A stretch of DNA of 64,000 nt from a virus: positions 39,270 through 103,269 of IMG/VR virus record IMGVR_UViG_3300021168_000001; one strand, 5' to 3'. A program made the translations under genes and the position numbers. Under the pieces are notes generated by a model that saw only the letters and a list, made by a program, of their open reading frames with translations, ran no database searches and was not told the DNA's origin. This document shows, one piece after another, positions 28,758 to 37,781 of this stretch. Every line of letters starts with the position of its first letter. The stretch's first letter is position 1.

Positions 28758-28892
28758 TTGAGGCTAGATCGGTCGGCTGTGTTGCTTTTCAATGGGCGAT
28801 GCTCTACCAACTGAGCTACTTTCCCTTGCGGGACAGGCTGGATTCGAACCAGCGACCAACGCCGTACATGTAAGCCATCCAGTGAGCCTCAA
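28758..28892 (-). ncRNA. YrlA-like Y RNA with circularly permuted tRNA domain
   Basis: TTGAGGCT/AGCCTCAA stem. The T-arm GCTGG-TTCGAAT-CCAGC comes before a GCAA-closed acceptor-like stem and the D-arm GCTC-AGTTGGTA-GAGC. Confidence 0.85.
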
Positions 28893-28922
28893 ACCTGAAA
28901 CTCTGTCTTTCGATGCTTGTAC

Positions 28923-28952
28923 AGCCTAGCACCATCCCATTGGGAATTTCAA
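28923..28952 (-). promoter_or_regulatory. Sigma70-type promoter of the RNA array/Ro operon with a palindrome in the spacer
   Basis: TTGAAA-18 nt-TAGGCT with extended TGn; TCCCAATGGGA in the spacer (28935-28945). Confidence 0.6.
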
Positions 28953-28966
28953 GCCCGGGCCTGATT

Positions 28967-29428
28967 TTATTTTTCCAATCTCATCAGCCGTTCGAATGTC
29001 GGCTTGCGCTTCGCTGGAAAACGCTGAAACGGATGAACCATTTGCCCACCGGCCCTCTCAGCGCTACGGAAGAGTGTCATGCGCATCTCGGGCTCGAGCG
29101 CCCACCACCGCTCCGCCCAAACCCGGCTTCGCTGCGCGGTGATTCCCATCTCATGACACCACCGAGTTGGCAGGATATGAACCGCGAGCACCAACCAGGT
29201 CCTCTCGTGTTTGTTGCCGATGTTCGACTGGAGAAGGTCGCCGCGCTTGGGCCGCGGATCGCCTGGCGGTTGGTGGTAGACCGTTTTCACTTCAGATTTT
29301 GCCCTTCTGGCGCCGCCGCTGGCGCTCGAACAACGCGCGGTCAGCAAACATAATCGCACCGTGATAAGACGGATCCTTTTGAGCGGAAACAGCCAAAATG
29401 ATCGAAGACCAGAACTGTTCGTCCTCAT
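28967..29428 (-). CDS. Hypothetical protein (true start probably ~29290)
   Basis: C-terminal ~105 aa VKTVYHQPPG... looks like the real coding part. Confidence 0.4.
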   Translation of the reverse strand: MRTNSSGLRSFWLFPLKRIRLITVRLCLLTARCSSASGGARRAKSEVKTVYHQPPGDPRPKRGDLLQSNIGNKHERTWLVLAVHILPTRWCHEMGITAQRSRVWAERWWALEPEMRMTLFRSAERAGGQMVHPFQRFPAKRKPTFERLMRLEK

Positions 29429-29715
29429 CGCTTTGAAACTTTACCGGTGGCGGCTCTCTTCTTGAGAGAGACTTTATCTTTGCCGCTTGGGGTTGATCCA
29501 TTTCGACTCGCTTTCATGGCGGCCTTCGCCCTAACCGCCTTCACTTTGGCCTTCTCTTCAACCCTGGCCCGTGCTTTGGCTCGATTGGCATTCAACCGCT
29601 CACGTGCGCATATTCTGCACTCGCGAATCTTTCGACCATTTCTTTCGCGAAAGATTAAATTCGGCTTCTTCAGCAAATGACCGTTCTTGCACTCTTTCTG
29701 TTTTGGCCTAGCCAT
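29425..29715 (-). CDS. Small Zn-binding basic protein
   Basis: ECKNGH...RECRIC motif, as seen next to phage HNH domains. Confidence 0.55.
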   Translation of the reverse strand: MARPKQKECKNGHLLKKPNLIFRERNGRKIRECRICARERLNANRAKARARVEEKAKVKAVRAKAAMKASRNGSTPSGKDKVSLKKRAATGKVSKR

Positions 29716-30332
29716 CAAGCACTCCGTTTCACAAGGATCGCTGCCCAGTGCGTCATGTTCCCAGCGAATCCAGTGTAGTATGAAGCCCACTGATCTACCA
29801 CATATCCCTGGCTAATTACTCGATCAGCGAGCATCTCACGGCACAGTTCTTTATACCGTTTAAACATCGAATCGTTCCCGTATTTGGAGACAATGCCCTG
29901 CATTGATTTATTATTCCATGCTCCATGCATTTTTAGATTCTGGCGAAGACCATCGTTCACCACGACGGCCATACGCTCCGGAAACGACCGCTTGCTCGAA
30001 AAGTAGGCATCGATGACATTCCAAGGTTGGCCGTATGGATCGAGGTCAAGCAGATTTATTTCTAGGTGTGCTCCGGCGCCGGCGCGTAGCGCACGTACAA
30101 CGTCGCACCGATATACGGCCCAGGATGGCCTCTGGTGAGCGAGGAAGTCGGCCTTCGCCGGATCCCGCTCGAAGACCACGCCGTCACGGATGGTGCTGTA
30201 ACAAGAGGCATAGAGTTTTCCAATGCCGCCGTGCGTTTCCATCACCACCACTGGCTTCTCTACTTTGCGCAGCATTACCAGGCGAAGACGTTTCTTCTGC
30301 TCGAATGTGGAATTGTCTTTCTGCATGCTCAT
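29715..30332 (-). CDS. SAM-dependent methyltransferase-fold protein (TcmP-like)
   Basis: METHGGIG motif I, acidic FERD motif II, LDLDPYG motif IV. Confidence 0.55.
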   Translation of the reverse strand: MSMQKDNSTFEQKKRLRLVMLRKVEKPVVVMETHGGIGKLYASCYSTIRDGVVFERDPAKADFLAHQRPSWAVYRCDVVRALRAGAGAHLEINLLDLDPYGQPWNVIDAYFSSKRSFPERMAVVVNDGLRQNLKMHGAWNNKSMQGIVSKYGNDSMFKRYKELCREMLADRVISQGYVVDQWASYYTGFAGNMTHWAAILVKRSA

Positions 30333-30653
30333 ACCGAAGGAAAACGTTCACGCCGGGCTGCAAGAATCTTGTCCGCCACGGAGATGGCCGTTTCAGCACT
30401 GGCATCATCACCGATAACATATTGCACAATGCTGGTCCAGAATTCCTTTTCTTCAGCAACGCGCACCCTCTCGTTTTCGTTCATTTTGACGAGCTCTTGC
30501 TCATCTTGAGATTTGCCTTCGGTCGATGACTTCCACATCGGCATCAATCACCTTCTGGACGAAAGTATCTTCTGACAAGAGCTGCGGCTCCAAAGACGGC
30601 GAGAATAATAATGATTCGCGTGGCGAATCCATCTGGCGTCGAAATCGGCAGCA

Positions 30654-30908
30654 TTAATATCCCCCGCTTCCGAGATTGCGCCGGAAGGTCAGAGGAACCT
30701 GGCCGCTGATCGCGCCGTTTGGATGGATCGTTGTCGATTCACCATCACCATCTGGCGGGACCAGAGTGGCTACATGCTTGCCGCTCTTCTCGATTTCGAC
30801 AGTCATGCCATGGGCGACTGAATCAATCACCTCGCCTGGCTGCGAACGAAGTTCCATCATGTTGACGCGCGCCCGCTGGCCTCTAAAGTCACGCTTTGGT
30901 ATCGGCAA
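30654..30908 (-). CDS. Phd/YefM-like antitoxin-type protein
   Basis: [35 protein letters not shown]. Confidence 0.7.
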   Translation of the reverse strand: MPIPKRDFRGQRARVNMMELRSQPGEVIDSVAHGMTVEIEKSGKHVATLVPPDGDGESTTIHPNGAISGQVPLTFRRNLGSGGY

Positions 30909-31575
30909 TTGTGTCCTCCTCTGCTGCTGGAATCTCTCGCGTAACCAATTCCATCTCCGGCCCGATGACGACGAACCTCACACCGATAGAGTCCGTGATG
31001 CGCTTTAATTGCAACGATAGCTCGGTGAGCCTGTCTTTCGAGAGACTCTCTTTAATTTGCAAAGCGTAAATTCCATCCCGCTCCAGTTTGACTGCTGTCT
31101 TGACCAGATCGGGAAGAGGCTCAGGCATTGGCATTGGCGTCGCCTCTTTCAATGCGCTGTATATGGCCGTCCTCGGTTCGCATGTTGCCATCTTTCACGC
31201 GGTAGCCTTCAGCTACCACATGCCAGCCGAGACCGTCTTTGTCGAAATAATTGAAGTTGAGCGATATCGGCTCTGCATCCTCACGCTGGCTAATCGTCAT
31301 GGGACCGCTGAAAGTTCCTGCGACATCGTTAAATGAATATACCTTGCGCGGCGGAATATCTGGGAGAACTTCAGGACGAGGCATTGATTCCCTCCATGAA
31401 CAAACCCCCTATTTCCCTTCCCACTTTCCAACAGCATAGAAGTGGAACGAGGTGAATACAACGATGAAACCAACAATGCTGACTCTCCAAGGGATTTCTG
31501 GAGCGCAAGATGCAATAACCGCAGCCCCCGTCAAACACGATGTCATTGCTGCTCTGAGGATTCTATCGTCTGGAG

Positions 31576-32211
31576 TCATATCGCCTCGGTGAACAATCCT
31601 TTGGCATCGAGGTACGCGCGGCAGATTTCGATGATGGCTTTGCCGCGGTTCGGTTCGTCCGTCGCACGGATCGTGCGCTCGAAAAGCGGGAGATCTTCGG
31701 CCGGCAAGACAACCGTAATATTCTGTCCGAAGTTGGGAAGTCGTGAACCAGATACACTCGAGTCATCCGAGTCCTCGGCATCCTTGAAGAGTTGAGCGAG
31801 CGCGGCATCCTGGGCGGTGGTCGACAATAGCGTATCGAGAGCGGACGTTCCAAGTTGAATGCCGGCGAGCAGCTCACCAAGTTTTTCCGAATCCTCGATC
31901 GCCATGCCACCGAGCGGATCGATCGAGGCAAGCGCAAGTTTTTCTTCATCGATCGAAAGCTCGACGAACGTGACTGGGACTTTCTCGCCTCTCGCCGCAG
32001 CTAATTCTACTCTCAAGTGTCCGTTAACTATTTTCCCTGAAGTCTTATTTACTAGAACCTCTTCGAGCCACCCAAGTCGAGAAAGTGCCTCGCCTACCGC
32101 TGCGCGTTGGGTATCTGAATGAATCCGGAAATTCGAAGGATGCGGAACCAATGAGCTAGCGTCCACCGTTTCATGACCAACGATACGATTGCGCCATGTA
32201 ACGCCGCTCAT
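31576..32211 (-). CDS. ParB/Srx-like N-terminal domain protein
   Basis: LVPHPSNFRIH, GWLEEVLVN, IVNGHLR; ATGA-coupled to the HNH gene. Confidence 0.75.
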   Translation of the reverse strand: MSGVTWRNRIVGHETVDASSLVPHPSNFRIHSDTQRAAVGEALSRLGWLEEVLVNKTSGKIVNGHLRVELAAARGEKVPVTFVELSIDEEKLALASIDPLGGMAIEDSEKLGELLAGIQLGTSALDTLLSTTAQDAALAQLFKDAEDSDDSSVSGSRLPNFGQNITVVLPAEDLPLFERTIRATDEPNRGKAIIEICRAYLDAKGLFTEAI

Positions 32212-32792
32212 GCTCGAGGGTTTGGCGGATCGTTTCGCCATATTTCTCCTCTCAGGATTGAACCTAGATTGCTTTTTGTTATGCCATAACGCTGGGCCAT
32301 CCGGACACGATTCCCCCGCCCCGGTGTGAACGTGGAGCGAATCTCGTTCACTCTGTCCCATGTGAGTTTCGCCATTGGGTGATTTTCACCACTCGGCGCA
32401 TTGACTCTACCATTTGCTTTACGGTCAATCCAATTGTTCGGCTTTGTATCCCATCGCAGATTGTCAAATCGATTGTCTGACTTTACGTCATTGCCGTGGC
32501 ATCCTTCCATCCCGTCTGGACACGGACCAATAAATGCTTCGAGCACCAAATGGTGAATCATTCGTGTGAGGCGGGTTTGATTGCCATCAGTAAAAATAAC
32601 GACTCGCAAATATCCAGTTCGATTCGGTCGAGGCTTTAGCCTATGAAGCGGACCGCCTGCAATCCATTGCACGCCGCCGCCTGCCTTCCCCATTCTGCGA
32701 AAAGAACTCCATACACTCCCATCATCCCCGACCCAATATGCTGGGTGGCCGACGACTTGAGCTAATCGAACATTTTCCGCAGGTTTTTCCAT
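32208..32792 (-). CDS. NUMOD4-HNH homing-type endonuclease
   Basis: YWVGDDGSVWS, HHLVLEAFIG, CHGNDVKSDNRFDNLRW, GENHPMAKLT. Confidence 0.9.
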   Translation of the reverse strand: MEKPAENVRLAQVVGHPAYWVGDDGSVWSSFRRMGKAGGGVQWIAGGPLHRLKPRPNRTGYLRVVIFTDGNQTRLTRMIHHLVLEAFIGPCPDGMEGCHGNDVKSDNRFDNLRWDTKPNNWIDRKANGRVNAPSGENHPMAKLTWDRVNEIRSTFTPGRGNRVRMAQRYGITKSNLGSILRGEIWRNDPPNPRA

Positions 32793-32899
32793 TCAAGAGC
32801 AAATTCTATCTCAATGGTGGCCAAGCAACGTGGAAAACAGCATCTCCAAAGCTCACGTTTCCAACAGTTTACGGCGGTAAAATATTGCAAATAATAGAC

Positions 32900-32928
32900 T
32901 TGCCATTATTCCAATCATGAACTATCAT
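32900..32928 (+). promoter_or_regulatory. Sigma70 promoter of the rightward early operon
   Basis: TTGCCA-17 nt-TATCAT; spacer contains TTCCAATCA. Confidence 0.7.
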
Positions 32929-32987
32929 TCAATCACGGCGTATACAAAAGACGCTCGGGGCCATCCAACCCCATGGAGATGAGAAAC

Positions 32988-33449
32988 ATGAGCAGCGACA
33001 CTGCTTCTCGACAATTCGCAAGCTGGGCCGATGTCCACTTGTTCACTTTCGCAGGCGACGCGACACTCACACTCGTGAGCCGCAAGTCTGGCGAGCGCTT
33101 CACCTATCGGGTTGCCAAATCCGATCCCAACTCCAACGGCGACGTGGTCTACTTCGTGCGGGTCCTCTCCGGTCCCGACAATGAGAATGACTACCAATAC
33201 ATCGGGATGATCGATGCGACTGGCAGCTTTCGCACCACGAAGCGCAGCCGCGTGACTCCTGAGGCTCCCAGTTTCAAGGCCTTCACTTTTTTCCTGTCAC
33301 GCATGCGAGCCGGTGGCCTGATGTCTTCGACTCTCGAAGTGTGGCACGAAGGCCGGTGCGGTCGCTGTGGCCGCAAGCTGACAGTCCCTGAGTCAATCGC
33401 TCGCGGCATCGGCCCAGACTGTGCCGGGATGATGGCGGTGGCGGCATGA
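32988..33449 (+). CDS. DUF6011-type protein
   Basis: VLSGPDNENDY and GRCGRCGRKLTVPESIARGIGPDC. Confidence 0.75.
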   Translation: MSSDTASRQFASWADVHLFTFAGDATLTLVSRKSGERFTYRVAKSDPNSNGDVVYFVRVLSGPDNENDYQYIGMIDATGSFRTTKRSRVTPEAPSFKAFTFFLSRMRAGGLMSSTLEVWHEGRCGRCGRKLTVPESIARGIGPDCAGMMAVAA

Positions 33450-33730
33450 GAATCATTTGCGCTGACTGTCAGGAACCTATTCCCGCGATGGGCCTGCCTG
33501 TGGTTTTGAAGTGGGGCAAGCGCGACGACCGGCACACCTTTCTAGGTCGTCCGATCCTCGAAGCTCTCCACCTCAACTGTGATCTGCTCCGCAAAGGCAA
33601 GACGCCGAGCTCAGGCAAAGCGAAGGCCGATCCCAAGCCGGTCGACGAGAGCGCGGCCACACGTCGCAAGGCGGCTGCTGCCAAAGCGTGGGAGACCATG
33701 CGAGCCAAGAAGTTGCAGGCTGGTGCGTGA
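33446..33730 (+). CDS. Hypothetical protein with C-terminal KAWET motif
   Basis: CADC...HLNC; ends AAAAKAWETMRAKK. Confidence 0.6.
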   Translation: MRIICADCQEPIPAMGLPVVLKWGKRDDRHTFLGRPILEALHLNCDLLRKGKTPSSGKAKADPKPVDESAATRRKAAAAKAWETMRAKKLQAGA

Positions 33731-34022
33731 TGACCGACCAAGAAGCAATCTTCAACGCGATGCGCATTGCAGCCGAGTTCATTCCAATTTTCGATGAACT
33801 CACTTCCAGTGATCTGCAAGGATGCGTCGGGGCTGAAGTATCTAAGCTTGGCCTTCCGTTCGATAGAGCAATTGAGGTCGAAGATCTGGCCTTGGAATAC
33901 ATCTACTCCCACCACGAACAGAAACAGGCTGGTGCGTGATGGACTGGCGACAGATCAACGGCGACACGAACGTTCCAGAGCAATACTGAACCGCCGCATC
34001 CACGGCGATGAGGAGATGAGTT

Positions 34023-34343
34023 ATGGCTTACACAATTTGTGATCTGCACGGAAACCCAAAGCCGATTCGGCTGGTGATGTGGATGAACGACGCTCCGCAC
34101 ATCGGAGAAGCATTCACGCCCTATTGGTGGGCTTGTGATCCATGCAACGGTTCCGCCAATCGCTACGAACTAACGTTCCGCGCAGATCAGGACAAGCCGT
34201 GTGGCTACGCGTGGTATCAGGTCCTCACCTCGGACGATTCCCAAAACGATATCGATGCCAAGCTTGCCCACTACGCCAAAGTGATCGACGCACACAAGGC
34301 ATTGGAAGAGGCGCGCAGACAGTTTGAGCGATTGAATTCGTGA
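34023..34343 (+). CDS. Hypothetical protein
   Basis: Preceded by a GGAGATGAG leader. Confidence 0.6.
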   Translation: MAYTICDLHGNPKPIRLVMWMNDAPHIGEAFTPYWWACDPCNGSANRYELTFRADQDKPCGYAWYQVLTSDDSQNDIDAKLAHYAKVIDAHKALEEARRQFERLNS

Positions 34344-34610
34344 GCCGCCGCATCACTGTCGGTCCGCTCTGGCTTGAGCGCCTTATCTGCGTGCTTTGCG
34401 AAATATGGGACATATTGAGAGGACTATAACTATGGAACATCATGAGGTCCATATTGAACCGGTAAACAGCGATGATCCGCCACTGGTGAAGTTCGCCAGC
34501 GTAGACGAGTTCGAAGCCGAGGAGGTTGCCGCCGATCTTCGCCGGCAACCGAGGTGGTTTCCAAACGTTGTGCGAGTAGTGTCGATTAGCCAACCGAAGG
34601 ACGGTATGCA

Positions 34611-35132
34611 ATGACCAATGTCGGCTTATTCAGTTTCATCATGACGGTGAGTTCGGATAATGGCTCTCCTCTTCTTGTCACCGGGACAGAGTTCTTCGAC
34701 TACGACTCTGCGAAAGGCGCATTCGAGGCCTGTAGAGAAGCGATCCGCCCGTTCGTGAGCAAACAGGGAGAGATGATTCGCGAGGCTGCGACTCTACTAC
34801 GATCTCCTACCATCGAAGAGTGGCACGCCATCGTCGATGCGCTCAAACACTATGGCTATGAGGCAACACTCGAAGGCGGAGGCGCCGCATGCCCATGGAT
34901 CGGTATCCAGCTTCCATTTGGCCGCTATGTCGCGTTCGGCGACAACGACGATATGTGGACTGGCAATCTTTACTCAGACTACGCTCACGGCTTTGAAGGC
35001 GGGGACATCATAGGCAACATCATCACCGATGTCCCGACAAGGTTCGTTGGCACGAACCGGCAGCATGTTCCAGGGAGCATCGCGGATGGATTCCACAGAG
35101 CTCTCGTTACCTATCTCAGCAATGATTTTTGA
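34611..35132 (+). CDS. Hypothetical protein
   Basis: Coupled ORF in the early operon. Confidence 0.55.
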   Translation: MTNVGLFSFIMTVSSDNGSPLLVTGTEFFDYDSAKGAFEACREAIRPFVSKQGEMIREAATLLRSPTIEEWHAIVDALKHYGYEATLEGGGAACPWIGIQLPFGRYVAFGDNDDMWTGNLYSDYAHGFEGGDIIGNIITDVPTRFVGTNRQHVPGSIADGFHRALVTYLSNDF

Positions 35133-35149
35133 TTGATTGGAGAAACGAA

Positions 35150-35602
35150 ATGAAAGCCTCTTTTGCTCTTTGCCTAGTTCTCTCTGTGCCGGCTGCGGCT
35201 CAGGCGGTCTTGCCTGAAGCACCAGCACCCCACATCAACCGAATTAACGCAGCACTCGATGGCGGCGAAATTCTGATGCGCGAACTTGATGCCGTCTCCA
35301 CGCGAATGGTCTTGTCGAACCCTTGCAGCTGCTTCCATGAGAGCGGCAACCTCGGTTTCATGCAGCCAGCCGCTTCATACGATTGGAGCCAATACGCTTA
35401 CTCTACTGGGATGGCGGCGGGATATATTTATTCCAGTCACCTGCTCTGGAAGGCTGGCAGTAAGCGGCATAGCCGCATCCTGCTCCTCGCATCGCGAGTG
35501 CTGCTCGCTTCAGATATCACCATGGAGACTCGCGCCGACGTCCACAATTTCCACCTCGCAACAATCACCACTCGGCCTGGATTCAAAAAGGTCGGAAAGT
35601 AG
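35150..35602 (+). CDS. Secreted hypothetical protein
   Basis: MKASFALCLVLSVPAAA|Q...LPEAPAP signal peptide. Confidence 0.6.
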   Translation: MKASFALCLVLSVPAAAQAVLPEAPAPHINRINAALDGGEILMRELDAVSTRMVLSNPCSCFHESGNLGFMQPAASYDWSQYAYSTGMAAGYIYSSHLLWKAGSKRHSRILLLASRVLLASDITMETRADVHNFHLATITTRPGFKKVGK

Positions 35603-36495
35603 AAGGGCATCATGGCAGACGATCGTATGCAGCCATTACGCGAATGCTTGGCTGACCTGCACGCTATCCAACTCGCGTCGCACGCGATGAAAGACGTCGA
35701 TGGCAATCACATCGGTCGACTTGACTTGTACTCAATCAATGGCCGCGTACTCATTGTTCAAGTCCATTACCAGCGACGGCTCAACCAACTGAAAGCCGTG
35801 AAGATGGTAGCCGAAGGTACCGAGCCTCTGTCATGGGATTTGTACCGCCCGGTCACCGATGATGGCAAGATCGATGTAACACTCCAGGCGCTTAGGCTAT
35901 GGGCCAAGACTCCAACCGATTTGGACGAACTGGCGCCGAGGATTACGCAAAGAGCACCATCGAAGGCATGACCAACAATGCGACAGACAGCACTGGCGGT
36001 TCGTGGCACGACCTGAGCGACCGCACCGAAGGCTCGGACTTCTTTGTGGAGCAGGCGGTCAAGTATCTCGATACGGCCGGCATCCTAACTTTCGCCGCGA
36101 GGTCGCCCTGGCTTTTGGCGTCGACATCAACCAGCCATCGGTGAACATCGACGAGGATATCCTCAACGAGTTTCACAGAAGGGTCAGGCATTCATGAGCG
36201 CCGTCTATTGCGAGTGCGGAACATATCTCGGCAGAGAGGACCGTCTCAGCAACGATGCATTGCTCGATGATGAGTCAGTTCCATGGTGTTCCGTTGAATG
36301 CCTGTTTGAGCACAGCCCGGAGAAGACCGAGAAGGTTTGCGCTGCATGTCAAGACCGCTTTGACGATAAAGACAGAGTTATCGCCTGCCTGATGCTCCAT
36401 GCGGCCGAAGTGGATCCGGAAGATGCGTGCGCCTATTGCGGCGAATCTCTCGAAGCTGGAATCGATTACCGGGCCATCATCAGAACGAGGAACCA

Positions 36496-37374
36496 ATGAT
36501 AATTCGCGTCGGCTTGCCACATCGTGGCGGGAGACTTGCCTTCCACGCATTCAACCGAGAGTACCCGGCGATGGTCAGCGCCAGTGCCTTCTGGAATCCG
36601 AAGACGCGCGAATTCGTTGTGCCCGAGGCCAGCGACATTTACGAAATTGACTACGCTCTCGACAGCGCCGGATTCACCGCGATGAGGCTATGGCAGGCGA
36701 AGGGGAAGCAGCCAGCAAAGATCCGGCTGCGACCACCATATGGCCCCGCTCACTGTAGCGAGCTCGATGTATTGCTGATACGTCCAGGGGAAAATGCCGG
36801 CAATCCCTGCGAGCCGGAGATCGCGCGGAACCAAGCAGAGATCGATTACCGAATCAACGCCACAGCCACCTTGCTCGAAGGATCACTGCGAGTTGTTCAC
36901 GAATGGCAATCCGAATACCGATGGTTGACTCCTCCGGTCCCAGTGATCCAAGGATGGTCGGCAAGCGACTACCTGCGCAGCCTCGATCTGATGTTACAAG
37001 TTTGGGAACGGTGGCTTCCAGCGCCTGCGCTTATCGGTGTAGGGTCTGTGTGCCGGAGAAGCCTCAACCATCCGACACATGGGCTTTTTGCGATCCTCAC
37101 CGCGCTCGAGGGCTGGCTGCCATCAGGGTCCAGCCTCCATTTGTTCGGCGTAAAAGGCAGTGCATTGTCAGAGCTAAAGATGTTTGACTTTGTGGCGTCG
37201 GTCGACTCAATGGCGTATGACGCAAGGGCACGAATCAAGGCACACAGCGCATCAGCATCCAACAGCTTTGCACACCGATGCTGTGAAATGACGCACTGGA
37301 TGGAGGCCGCACAATGTCGGTCGCGTCTGGTCATCGGCGATCAATTCCGCCTTGCCTTCAAGGCCAGTAGCTGA
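36496..37374 (+). CDS. tRNA-guanine-transglycosylase-like (DpdA-like) protein carrying an inverted 31-codon internal segment
   Basis: LDSAGF, CEPEIA, PVIQGW, GVGSVCRR, LHLFGVK and SVDSMAY motifs. Segment 36715-36807 reads like the expected family sequence only when reverse-complemented. Confidence 0.75.
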   Translation: MIIRVGLPHRGGRLAFHAFNREYPAMVSASAFWNPKTREFVVPEASDIYEIDYALDSAGFTAMRLWQAKGKQPAKIRLRPPYGPAHCSELDVLLIRPGENAGNPCEPEIARNQAEIDYRINATATLLEGSLRVVHEWQSEYRWLTPPVPVIQGWSASDYLRSLDLMLQVWERWLPAPALIGVGSVCRRSLNHPTHGLFAILTALEGWLPSGSSLHLFGVKGSALSELKMFDFVASVDSMAYDARARIKAHSASASNSFAHRCCEMTHWMEAAQCRSRLVIGDQFRLAFKASS

Positions 37375-37380
37375 ATTGTG

Positions 37381-37409
37381 TTGAATTATTCCAATCAAGC
37401 GCATACACT
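37381..37409 (+). promoter_or_regulatory. Sigma70 promoter
   Basis: TTGAAT-17 nt-TACACT; spacer contains TTCCAATCA. Confidence 0.65.
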
Positions 37410-37463
37410 TCTTTCACTCAATGTTTCATCAACCCCATCAATCCAATGGGGAAAGGAGATGAG

Positions 37464-37781
37464 ATGGGAATCGCAGCATACAATCGTGGCTCTCGTGCAA
37501 TCAGCCAGCGCATCGACTCTCAACAACGGGCGGCGGAATTCGAGCTCATGAGCCACCTCAATTCGCTTCCAAAGTATCCCGACTGCGGCCAGCCACCCGC
37601 TCAAATCCAGTTCGTGTTTGAGCATGGAGTCTGGTGGGCGCAATCGAGCAAGGGCGCGGCAGGCTTCGCCTACTACTACCCAACTCTGCGCGAGGCGGTG
37701 CGCCGGTGGAACGTCTCGATTCGCGGCTACGCTGACGGGATCTGGATCGGCGACCCATTGCCACGCGAGGTGCAGTCATGA
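37464..37781 (+). CDS. Hypothetical protein
   Basis: Preceded by a GGAGATGAG leader. Confidence 0.6.
   Translation: MGIAAYNRGSRAISQRIDSQQRAAEFELMSHLNSLPKYPDCGQPPAQIQFVFEHGVWWAQSSKGAAGFAYYYPTLREAVRRWNVSIRGYADGIWIGDPLPREVQS

Noticed and set aside
28089-28892. CRISPR array interpretation of the repeated units
   Set aside because: Repeats are degenerate paired arms with structured interiors of unequal length; no cas operon (the Cas4-like nuclease sits with RecT).
36713-36809. Classical invertase-controlled switch
   Set aside because: Only a 3-bp terminal inverted repeat and no recombinase in the window; the inversion is reported but its mechanism is left open.
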